From NCBI RefSeq assembly GCF_001571285.1, contig NZ_BCTM01000015.1:94871-134870 (forward strand): DNA of 40,000 bases. The letters run 5' to 3'. The DNA is from Kluyvera cryocrescens NBRC 102467. Lineage in GTDB: Bacteria; Pseudomonadota; Gammaproteobacteria; Enterobacterales; Enterobacteriaceae. Below are positions 28,398 to 36,144 of the stretch, one piece after another; within the stretch, counting starts at the first letter, position 1; each line of letters opens with the position of its first letter. The notes beneath the pieces were generated by a model that saw only the letters and a program-made list of their open reading frames with translations, searched no databases and was not told the DNA's origin. Both the position numbers and the translations under genes were made by a program.

Positions 28398-30068
28398 TTA
28401 TCCTTTCAATAGCGTCAGCTCATGGCTCAGGCTGTCCGCAAGCATCCGGACGCGCGTGGGATCGAACAGAACGTGTAACCCCGGAGAGGCCTCCGCATGC
28501 TGGGCGCAGAAGCTATCCATCTCGGAAGCACAGCGATAAAGTTCCTGGATATTCACCTGGCAAATCTCTCGCATGCTCCAGCTGTTCTCCACCAGCCGGG
28601 CAAAATGGAGCGTGAAGAAGGCTTTTTGCGCATGGCGGAACAGCAGACAATAGAGATCAAAGCCCTGCCACTCTTCCAGCCAGCGGCGATGCAGCGAGAA
28701 AGGAAACGCCGCGCGGTCGGCAAAAGCTAGCGCCTGCTCGCGCAGAGTCTGCGCCGCCTGATAGGCACGGTCTTTTTCTTCGGCAATCAGCGACAGGTTA
28801 CGGCCGGAAATGCCCACGTCGCTGGCGCTGAAAAAGATATCCCGCTCGGAACCCGGCAGCCAGTGGTTGCGATTGAGCTGTCCGTACAGGCTCCAAACCG
28901 CCTGGCCATAGCTTTCCGGCACCTGGCTGTGGCGATGAAAAACGTGGTCGCGTACATAGATGGCCTGATACAACACCTGGCCCGCCTGCGCCAGCAGTTG
29001 CTGAAACTCGCCAAAAATCACCTCATCAGGGCGCCAGCCGTAGCTCTCATCCAGCCAATGGGTGAGCAGCGCCGCGTGGGTTAGATGCTCATTTTCCCGC
29101 GCCAGGATCTGGCTACAGGCCACGAGGTTACATTCGCTGAGCGTCCCCATCACCCAGTGATTATCGACCCCTTCCCAGCTGGTTTTACATACCGCGCCGG
29201 TAATGGCGGCATTGCCCCGGCACCACAGCAAACGCCCCTGCAGTTCATCAATGCGCGGGAATGGCAGCACGCCCCAGCCCACCTCTTCGCCCACCAGATC
29301 CAGTTCGACCCATACGTCGCGGTCTTCCACATCCACCAGCGCCGGATTATTGGGAAACGTCGGCCAGAAGCGTTCCGGCGTCAGCTTGATCGACACCGAC
29401 ACACAGGAAGGCAACGTTCGGATGGCTTCCATCACATTGCTGATATCGTGGTTTCCTGCCGGGAAGGCGCGCAGTACCAGGTGTTTGTTCTCCCGCATCA
29501 CCGCACGCGCCATCGCGCTAAAACATTGGCTATAGCGGGACAGACTGCGGGGATCGATATGCGGAGAGGGATCATCCTGCCCGGTCAGTTCCCAGTTCGG
29601 TCGGGAGATCGGCAGCAGGCCGTCGGTGTTGGAAAGCGCCACCAGCAGCCCGCTCATCGCCGGAATTTGCTGGCACAACAAGGTGAGCTTATCCGCCAGG
29701 TACTGGCACCAGAATTCGACATCAAAACGAATGCTGCCGTCTTTATCAATCAGCTGCGGATGCGCCGCCAGTAGATCGGCCGGAAAGCTGAGTTCTTTTG
29801 CCTGGAGATAGAATTTCAGCCCGTTTTTCTGACAGTAGCCGGCCAACCGGTTGAGGTAGACGCAGCGAGCGCGCTGCTGGCTGGAGAGGCGATCGTTGTA
29901 CTGATGCGGGGTGTAGCCCTTGGGGGAAACCAGCTTGTCGAACAGATCGACCTGCCCGACCACCACGGTATTAAAATCATGGCGAACGGCCCATTGCACC
30001 AGCTCGCAGGCTTTGTCCCAGTTCCAGAACTCTTGGTTATTGAGCTCCAGCGCGCGCGTCTTCCACAT
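28398..30068 (-). CDS. Uncharacterised 556-aa cytoplasmic protein (possibly a TIM-barrel glycosidase-like N-domain plus a helical C-domain)
   Basis: I trimmed the start to ATG 30068, which has a GGGAGA SD. It has no signal peptide. The first ~330 aa alternate beta/alpha segments and the C-terminal ~200 aa are helical. I recognise no family motif. Confidence 0.6.
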   Translation of the reverse strand: MWKTRALELNNQEFWNWDKACELVQWAVRHDFNTVVVGQVDLFDKLVSPKGYTPHQYNDRLSSQQRARCVYLNRLAGYCQKNGLKFYLQAKELSFPADLLAAHPQLIDKDGSIRFDVEFWCQYLADKLTLLCQQIPAMSGLLVALSNTDGLLPISRPNWELTGQDDPSPHIDPRSLSRYSQCFSAMARAVMRENKHLVLRAFPAGNHDISNVMEAIRTLPSCVSVSIKLTPERFWPTFPNNPALVDVEDRDVWVELDLVGEEVGWGVLPFPRIDELQGRLLWCRGNAAITGAVCKTSWEGVDNHWVMGTLSECNLVACSQILARENEHLTHAALLTHWLDESYGWRPDEVIFGEFQQLLAQAGQVLYQAIYVRDHVFHRHSQVPESYGQAVWSLYGQLNRNHWLPGSERDIFFSASDVGISGRNLSLIAEEKDRAYQAAQTLREQALAFADRAAFPFSLHRRWLEEWQGFDLYCLLFRHAQKAFFTLHFARLVENSWSMREICQVNIQELYRCASEMDSFCAQHAEASPGLHVLFDPTRVRMLADSLSHELTLLKG

Positions 30069-30070
30069 CG

Positions 30071-30128
30071 TCTTCTCCCTCAGGCCACTACGGCGAGCGG
30101 CTATTGTAAGCACAGATGAGGGAGAAGA
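30071..30128 (-). promoter_or_regulatory. 12-bp perfect inverted repeat that would sequester the SD of the 556-aa gene
   Basis: tcttctccctca (30071-30082) and tgagggagaaga (30117-30128) are separated by 34 nt. On the minus-strand mRNA the 3' arm contains the GGGAGA SD and ends 2 nt before the ATG. No U-tract follows. Confidence 0.55.
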
Positions 30129-30147
30129 ATCAGCGTTCTGAAGTGAG

Positions 30148-31209
30148 CTACTTCACAATAAATCGCGTTGGGGCAAAACAGTTGAGCAGACGATGGAGAA
30201 TAAAGACCATCGTCAGGGTCGCCAGCAGCGATACCGTCACCGAGGTTGCGCGGTAGAGATCGCTGAATACCAGATCGCCATCCGGCTGGAGATTCTGGCC
30301 GAACATGATGCCGATGGTGGTGATACTGGCAAAACCTACGCCCGCGCCGACTTTTTCCATCACGTGCAGCCGTGCGCTAAAGGCAAGGCCAAGGCCAATC
30401 AGCGGCATCATCAGCAGCATATGGCTGCTGTGATCGTAGAGGATCAGCTGTACCACCAGAATATACAGACAGGCCAGCACCACGCCCGCCACGCGCCAGA
30501 TCGAGCTTATCACCGCGCCGCGATAGTGCATCGGGAAGAGGATCAGGATCCCGGCCATCAGCGCCGAGAGCGAGTCGCTCAGATCGCTTATCTGGAAAAC
30601 GACGAAGATGATCGTCGCTACGGTGCCGGAGAGCAGCGATTCGTGGCGCACGCGGGCGGCGTCTTTTTCAATCAGCGGCGGCGGCTTACGCGGTTCCACA
30701 TCCGGGATCAGGTAATGCAGCAGCGCGCTCAGCGCCACCGCCATCACGCTAGCTTCGATGTTAGAAAACAACAGCGTATGCCAGTTAGCGGTCGGATAGC
30801 TCATAAAGTTGAGCATCACGCTTTGGCACACCACGCCCATTGAGCCGAATAAAAACAGCGGCCCTTTACTCATAAAGCGAAAGCGCACCACGTACAGTGC
30901 GAACACCACCGCCGTCATGATCACCGGCCATTGGCTGAGATAACCGATGATCAGCACCATTTCGAGGCAGTTTAGCGACGCGCTAAAGATAAATTGTTTG
31001 GCAACGTGGCGGTTAAACACCGGCACCAGCGACATCAGCAGCAGTGGATAAACCACAAAGAAGACGCCGTAGTGGGTGTCGTAAAAGGTCGAAATGCTCA
31101 GTGCAATCGTCCCGGCGATAGAAATGCGCATGGTCTGACGGAAATCATTCGCCGTATAGACGATGTTTCCGTGAGGGGTAAAGACCTGCGCGAGGGTGTT
31201 AATAGACAT
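30148..31209 (-). CDS. DUF2955/FUSC-like inner-membrane efflux component
   Basis: 353 aa and polytopic, with about 10 hydrophobic segments. It overlaps the upstream HlyD-family gene by 11 nt, giving a MarR-HlyD-membrane protein triad. Confidence 0.7.
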   Translation of the reverse strand: MSINTLAQVFTPHGNIVYTANDFRQTMRISIAGTIALSISTFYDTHYGVFFVVYPLLLMSLVPVFNRHVAKQFIFSASLNCLEMVLIIGYLSQWPVIMTAVVFALYVVRFRFMSKGPLFLFGSMGVVCQSVMLNFMSYPTANWHTLLFSNIEASVMAVALSALLHYLIPDVEPRKPPPLIEKDAARVRHESLLSGTVATIIFVVFQISDLSDSLSALMAGILILFPMHYRGAVISSIWRVAGVVLACLYILVVQLILYDHSSHMLLMMPLIGLGLAFSARLHVMEKVGAGVGFASITTIGIMFGQNLQPDGDLVFSDLYRATSVTVSLLATLTMVFILHRLLNCFAPTRFIVK

Positions 31210-32266
31210 AGTGCAGCCAGCTTATAAGATGGATTTGCAGCCCGGAGAAGAAGCGCGCAAAGGCACCTTCACTGTTGTAGAGTTGCACCGTGGCACGTGC
31301 ACCGGTCGGCAGCGTTTTCTCCAGCGGTTCATCGAGGGCGACGTGGATACGCATACGCTGCGCGTCACGCACCCAACGGGTCGACTGCTCGGGCTGCGAC
31401 AGTTCACCGTTCACCGCTTCCTGGCCTGCGAGAATACCGGCATCGCTGCTGGTGACCTTCGCGGCAAACACTTTACCGGGAAACGCATCAAAGACTACCG
31501 CCGCATCAGTACCCTGTTTGGTATGACGCAGGCTCTTTTCGCGGAAATCAGCGACGATATCGGTGTTTTGATTCACGACAGCCATCACCGCGCTGCCTGC
31601 TGCCGCGTACAGCCCTGGGCTCAGCTGCAGGTTACTGACGGTACCATCTGCTTCAGCACGAATCTTCGTCCAGCCGAGGTTCAACTGCGCTTCCTGTAGC
31701 GTGGTCTGATACTGCTGAAGCGTCACGTTGCGATTATCGTCACGTTCACCGCGCTGGATTTGCAGATTATGAATGGTGGCATGCAGCGCGGCGACCGACT
31801 GTTCGCTGGTCTGCCAGGTGGTGCGAACTTTATCGAGATCCGCCTGTGAGACGTTCTGCATACTGCTTAAACGCTGATAGCGATCGTAGGTCACCCGATC
31901 GTTACGCGCGGTGAACTGCGCGGTTTTCAGGTTCGCTTCGGCGGCAGCAATTTGCGCATCAAGCTGCTGGTTGCTCAGTTTGGCCTGCGCCAGCGCCAGC
32001 GTGGCAGCATCGACCTTATTCTGGAAAGGCGTGGGATCGAGCTCGTACAGCAGATCGCCTTTTTTCACTGCGCTGTTGTTATGCACGTAGACCTGCGACA
32101 CATAGCCGGAGACGCGCGAGGAGATCGGCGTCACCACGCGCATCACCGTGGAGTCCGGGGTGAGCGGGATCCAGATATCAGCGACGATAAAATAGGCAAA
32201 CATCAGCAGGAAAGAGACAATACTGACCCTTACCCAGCGGGCAAACTTTTGTTCTGGCGTCATCAT
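31199..32266 (-). CDS. HlyD-family membrane fusion (periplasmic adaptor) protein
   Basis: From ATG 32266 the product is 355 aa. It has an N-terminal TM segment (VSIVSFLLMFAYFIVADIW), a biotinyl/lipoyl-like segment (VKKGDLLYELD) and a coiled-coil. It starts 5 nt after the MarR stop. Confidence 0.8.
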   Translation of the reverse strand: MMTPEQKFARWVRVSIVSFLLMFAYFIVADIWIPLTPDSTVMRVVTPISSRVSGYVSQVYVHNNSAVKKGDLLYELDPTPFQNKVDAATLALAQAKLSNQQLDAQIAAAEANLKTAQFTARNDRVTYDRYQRLSSMQNVSQADLDKVRTTWQTSEQSVAALHATIHNLQIQRGERDDNRNVTLQQYQTTLQEAQLNLGWTKIRAEADGTVSNLQLSPGLYAAAGSAVMAVVNQNTDIVADFREKSLRHTKQGTDAAVVFDAFPGKVFAAKVTSSDAGILAGQEAVNGELSQPEQSTRWVRDAQRMRIHVALDEPLEKTLPTGARATVQLYNSEGAFARFFSGLQIHLISWLHYVY

Positions 32267-32270
32267 GGTG

Positions 32271-32738
32271 TTATTCGGTTTTGTTATTCTCTTCGCGGAT
32301 AATCCGCAGATTGCAGGCAATGTGATTCAGGGTGTCGCTAAACTTCGCGATGTCTTCGGCGGGGATATCGTGTGATACCCGAGTCTGGAACGCTTCAATC
32401 ACCTGGTTTAGCGTCTGGAGCACGGACCGACCTTCATCGGTGAGCGTCAGCAGGCGAATGCGTTTGTCATACGGCGAAACCGTGCGCAGCAGATAGCCCT
32501 GCTGCTCCAGCAGCGTGAGCGTGCGCATCAGCGGCGGCAGCTCAATCCCCTGCATCTCCGCCAGCTCGCTCACCGACACGTTATCGCCCAATTGATGGAG
32601 CTGCATCAGCACCGTCCAACTGGACTGGGTCAGGCCGGTATCGGTAATCGCATGATCGATGATAGATCGCCATTGGCGTACAACCATCGCCATACGCATC
32701 CCCATCGGGCGGCGGGCAAACAGTTCATCTTCAGTCAT
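32271..32738 (-). CDS. MarR-family transcriptional regulator
   Basis: 155 aa with a wHTH region (VSVSELAEMQGIELPPLMRTLTLLEQQGYLLR..DKR...LT.EG). A GGAG SD lies 6 nt upstream. Confidence 0.85.
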   Translation of the reverse strand: MTEDELFARRPMGMRMAMVVRQWRSIIDHAITDTGLTQSSWTVLMQLHQLGDNVSVSELAEMQGIELPPLMRTLTLLEQQGYLLRTVSPYDKRIRLLTLTDEGRSVLQTLNQVIEAFQTRVSHDIPAEDIAKFSDTLNHIACNLRIIREENNKTE

Positions 32739-32771
32739 GACGATCTCCGGTTATGTCGTACAGGTACGATA

Positions 32772-32791
32772 ATACTTACCATGATAAGTAT
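32772..32791. promoter_or_regulatory. Inverted repeat upstream of marR-like gene (candidate operator)
   Basis: atactta-N6-taagtat lies 34-53 bp upstream of the MarR ATG. Confidence 0.4.
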
Positions 32792-32833
32792 CAAGGAACG
32801 CAACCGCTAAACCGCATGGAATGCACAATGGCC

Positions 32834-33190
32834 CTACTTTCCGGCGATGTATTCCACATCCATCAAGGCGCAGTCGACAAAACCAATACGGGCGAGCGTG
32901 GTGGCGGGGCCTTTGGCAACGAACGGCACGCGGTATTCATCATCCTCAATAGTCACTTTGCCAAATACCAGCTCTGGCGTCAGTGTACCGAGGGTGCTTT
33001 TTTCGCGATACCAGTGGGGGAAACGGCCTCGTAAGTAGTCATCTTTTACCCTTAACAAGGCTTTTCGGGAAAGTTCAAGGCGACAAATAGCGGTATCATC
33101 CGAGTCGACCTCATGAATAAGAAATATCACCGTAACGCCCGAAGTCAGCAGGGCACAAAATAGTGCAGTCACTAATAATGTTTTTTTCAT
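32834..33190 (-). CDS. YebF/Cmi-family protein, colicin M immunity protein-like, N-terminally membrane-anchored
   Basis: 118 aa with an N-terminal hydrophobic anchor (LLVTALFCALLTSGVTVIFLI). It aligns to Cmi as recalled: C..(L/V)....A...VK(D/N)DYL.R....W, LGT, VPF.A.GP, then C.....VEY(I)A. The two Cys positions are conserved. Confidence 0.55.
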   Translation of the reverse strand: MKKTLLVTALFCALLTSGVTVIFLIHEVDSDDTAICRLELSRKALLRVKDDYLRGRFPHWYREKSTLGTLTPELVFGKVTIEDDEYRVPFVAKGPATTLARIGFVDCALMDVEYIAGK

Positions 33191-33647
33191 GCTGAAGGTA
33201 AGTTGATTGGTTTAAATAGTTATGACATCAATAGTCATTCTAGAAACAAATAAACGCTTGTAAAGCAACGCATTGGTATTTTTTCGTAAATATCGAGCAA
33301 TTCAATCAATAAAAAATATCAGTCCTACGAAGATAATCGCAAGCGCAATCAACAAAATCATCATTTCATTATACATGCGCTAAAAAAGATACTTAATTAT
33401 TCCTACAGAATTAGAATTATCTAATCTATTATTATTAAAGAGGTCATCTTTGAGCATGTGAAACGGAATGGTTTTATATTTTCCGCTGATAAATTCTTTT
33501 TCAGTAAAGACAATAAATATAACCGCCGGGGGCATTATTCTTCTAATTATTAACTTTCGACGATTGCAACAAGCCCTCTTCTTCGCGGAACAAAATCACA
33601 GGGTCTAAGAGTGGACAACGGCCCCTGTTTGGTGGCAGGATAAAAAG

Positions 33648-33701
33648 ATGAACACAAATGTGACCGTCCTTCGCTCAAACCGTTGGTGGCTGCCTGCATA
33701 A
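33648..33701 (+). CDS. Leader peptide with tandem Trp codons (MNTNVTVLRSNRWWLPA)
   Basis: An AGGA SD (33637-33640) lies 7 nt before ATG 33648. TGG TGG occupies 33684-33689 and TAA 33699-33701. Terminator and antiterminator structures follow immediately. Confidence 0.6.
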   Translation: MNTNVTVLRSNRWWLPA

Positions 33702-33764
33702 CAGGCGGCACGGGTTACGTTACCTATTTTCCAGAAGCCGCCGAAAGGCGGCTTTGTTGTTTCT
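33689..33764 (+). promoter_or_regulatory. Transcription attenuator (segments 1-4) controlling trpS2
   Basis: The 1:2 stem pairs GCUGCCUG (33689-33696) with CAGGCGGC (33702-33709). The 2:3 stem pairs GGCGGC (33704-33709) with GCCGCC (33737-33742). The 3:4 stem is the terminator. Confidence 0.6.
33736..33764 (+). terminator. Intrinsic terminator within the trpS2 leader
   Basis: AGCCGCC-GAAA-GGCGGCU (33736-33753) is followed by UUGUUGUUUCU. It ends 42 nt before the trpS2 ATG. Confidence 0.7.
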
Positions 33765-33805
33765 CAGTGGCGTCTTTCGGCTCAATGCATGATAAGGAGT
33801 CTCTG

Positions 33806-34813
33806 ATGAACACCCTCCACACAATCCTGACCGGCGACCGTCCAACCGGGCAACTGCACCTCGGCCACTACGTGGGGTCTTTACGCCAACGCGTCCAGCT
33901 TCAGTATGAACATCAACAGTTTATCCTGATTGCTGATCTTCAGGGGCTGACGGATAACGGCAGCAATCCGCAGAAAATCAGCCACAACATCCTTGAAGTG
34001 ATGGCCGATTATCTGGCCGTCGGCATCGATCCGCAGCACACCACCATTTGCCTACAGTCAGCCCTCCCCGCGCTGGCTGAGCTGACCGCGCTGTATATGA
34101 ATATCGTCACCGTCGCCCGCGTCGAGCGTAATCCTACGGTCAAAAACGAGATTGCGCAGAAAGGCTTCTCCCGCGCGCTGCCGGTGGGTTTTATGGCCTA
34201 TCCGATAAGCCAGGCCGCAGACATTACGGCTTTCAACGCAGACTTTGTGCCGGTGGGCGACGACCAACTGCCAATGATTGAGCAAACCAACGAGATTGTG
34301 CACAAGATGAATAGCCTGACGACCACACCAGTGCTGCGCCACTGCAAAGCGCTGCTGAGCGACGTCAGCCGTCTACCGGGTATCGACGGCGGGGCGAAAA
34401 TGTCGAAATCGTTAGGCAATACGCTGACGCTTTCGGCCAGTGAAACCGAAATCCACCAAGCGGTGAGTGCCATGTATACCGACCCCAATCATCTGCGGGT
34501 GGCCGATCCGGGGCAAATCGAAGGTAACGTGGTCTTTACCTATCTGGATGCTTTCCATCCGGATAAGGCTCTGGTCGCCGAAATGAAAGCGCATTATCAG
34601 CGCGGTGGCCTTGGCGACAGGCAGTGTAAAAATGTGCTAGAGAGCTGCTTGCAGGAGCTGCTGGCTCCTATCCGCGAACGCCGCGCCAGCGTGATTCAGG
34701 ACAAAGGACAGCTAATGGCGCTACTACGCCAGGGCAGCGAGCGGGCGCACGAAGTGACACAGCAGACGCTGCATGCCGTCAAACGCGGGCTGGGACTACC
34801 GGTACTGTTCTGA
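33806..34813 (+). CDS. trpS2: Tryptophanyl-tRNA synthetase, divergent second-copy type
   Basis: ATG 33806 has an AAGGAG SD at 33794-33799 and gives 335 aa. The HIGH-type motif is TGQLHLGHYVG and the KMSKS motif is GAKMSKSLGN. It is clearly diverged from housekeeping E. coli TrpS (FSGAQPSGELTIGNYMG...) and does not sit at the trpS locus. Confidence 0.85.
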   Translation: MNTLHTILTGDRPTGQLHLGHYVGSLRQRVQLQYEHQQFILIADLQGLTDNGSNPQKISHNILEVMADYLAVGIDPQHTTICLQSALPALAELTALYMNIVTVARVERNPTVKNEIAQKGFSRALPVGFMAYPISQAADITAFNADFVPVGDDQLPMIEQTNEIVHKMNSLTTTPVLRHCKALLSDVSRLPGIDGGAKMSKSLGNTLTLSASETEIHQAVSAMYTDPNHLRVADPGQIEGNVVFTYLDAFHPDKALVAEMKAHYQRGGLGDRQCKNVLESCLQELLAPIRERRASVIQDKGQLMALLRQGSERAHEVTQQTLHAVKRGLGLPVLF

Positions 34814-34821
34814 ACGCCGCA

Positions 34822-34846
34822 CGGGCATCCGCCTGACGGATGTCCG
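34822..34846 (+). terminator. Stem-loop after trpS2
   Basis: cgggcatccg, loop cctga, cggatgtccg. This gives 10 bp with one G.U. A short T-run follows only after 7 nt. Confidence 0.4.
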
Positions 34847-35076
34847 CACCGTGTTTTGATGTTTCGTGTTAATGCCTTTGCAAGACCCTGTTACAAGTAT
34901 GGACATAAGTCAGGTCAGTGTTAGTATGATATTGACGATAGCTATATTTATGCGTGTTTCATTTACGGCCAGGATTGCTGATGATGACCACATGAGTAGC
35001 ACTCTTCACAGCATCCTTCCCCATTTTCATCACGAAACGCGCGCCACTCAGCAACAGGGAACAGAGCGGGTAGCGT

Positions 35077-36144
35077 ATGGACAAAATCAAACGGCATTGG
35101 GCCTGGTATCTCGTGGGTGTCGCGGTGGTCGTTGCCGCCGTGGCGTGGTGGGCGCTGCGTCCACCAGGATTGCCGGACGGGTTCGCCAGCAGCAACGGCA
35201 GAATTGAAGCCACCGAGGTGGATATCGCCACCAAAACCGCCGGGCGTATCGACAATATTCTGGTCAAAGAGGGACAGTTTGTTCGCCAGGGCGAAGTGCT
35301 GGCGCAGATGGATACCCGGGTACTGAACGAGCAGCGTCTGGAAGCCGCCGCACAAATCAAAGAGGCACAAAGCGCCGTGGCCGCCGCCCGCGCGCTGCTC
35401 GATCAGCGGCAAAGCGAAATGCGGGCCAGCGAATCGGTGGTGAAGCAGCGTCAGGCGGAGCTCGATTCCACCGCAAAACGCCATGCCCGCTCCAGCACGC
35501 TGTCCCAGCGCGGCGCAGTATCCGCGCAGCAGCTTGACGATGACCGTGCCGCCGCCGAAAGCGGACGTGCGGCACTCGAATCCGCCAGAGCGCAGGTTTC
35601 AGCCGCCAAAGCCGCCATCGAAGCCGCACGCACCAGTATTATTCAGGCGCAAACCCGCGTCGAAGCCGCTCAGGCCACCGAACGCCGCATCATGGCCGAC
35701 ATTGACGATAGCACGCTGAAAGCCCCGCGCGATGGGCGCATTCAGTACCGCGTTGCCGAGCCGGGTGAAGTGCTGGCCGCCGGTGGTCGGGTACTGAATA
35801 TGGTCGATCTGGCCGACGTCTACATGACCTTCTTCCTGCCAACCGAACAGGCGGGCCTGTTGGCCATCGGCAGTGAAGTGCACATCGTCCTCGACGCCGC
35901 CCCCGATCTGGTGATCCCCGCCAATATCAGCTTTGTCGCCAGCGTCGCCCAGTTCACGCCGAAGACCGTAGAAACCAGCGATGAGCGGCTAAAACTGATG
36001 TTCCGCGTGAAGGCGCGTATCCCGCCAGAGCTGCTGGAAGAACATCTTGAGTACGTGAAAACTGGCCTGCCGGGGATGGCCTATGTGCGGTTGGATAATA
36101 AGCTGCCGTGGCCTGCCGAGCTGGCGGTGAGGCTGCCGCAATGA
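35077..36144 (+). CDS. yhiI: HlyD-family membrane fusion protein YhiI
   Basis: 355 aa, the E. coli YhiI length. It has an N-terminal TM segment and a long Ala/Gln-rich coiled-coil. It is followed by rbbA with an ATGA overlap. Confidence 0.85.
   Translation: MDKIKRHWAWYLVGVAVVVAAVAWWALRPPGLPDGFASSNGRIEATEVDIATKTAGRIDNILVKEGQFVRQGEVLAQMDTRVLNEQRLEAAAQIKEAQSAVAAARALLDQRQSEMRASESVVKQRQAELDSTAKRHARSSTLSQRGAVSAQQLDDDRAAAESGRAALESARAQVSAAKAAIEAARTSIIQAQTRVEAAQATERRIMADIDDSTLKAPRDGRIQYRVAEPGEVLAAGGRVLNMVDLADVYMTFFLPTEQAGLLAIGSEVHIVLDAAPDLVIPANISFVASVAQFTPKTVETSDERLKLMFRVKARIPPELLEEHLEYVKTGLPGMAYVRLDNKLPWPAELAVRLPQ

Noticed and set aside
29085-30843. 229-aa and 216-aa plus-strand ORFs inside the 556-aa and DUF2955 genes
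   Set aside because: They are antisense to longer ORFs that have good SDs and operon context. Their His/Arg/Gln-rich composition is not protein-like.
33302-33376. 24-codon hydrophobic ORF (MYNEMMILLIALAIIFVGLIFFID) as a small membrane protein or type I toxin
   Set aside because: It has no SD or recognisable promoter. In AT-rich DNA, Phe/Ile/Leu-rich short ORFs arise by chance. I mention it only as something to test by Ribo-seq.
34866-35484. 113-aa plus and 133/173-aa minus ORFs around the yhiI start
   Set aside because: They overlap the yhiI coding region or its promoter, have low-complexity translations and show no SD.
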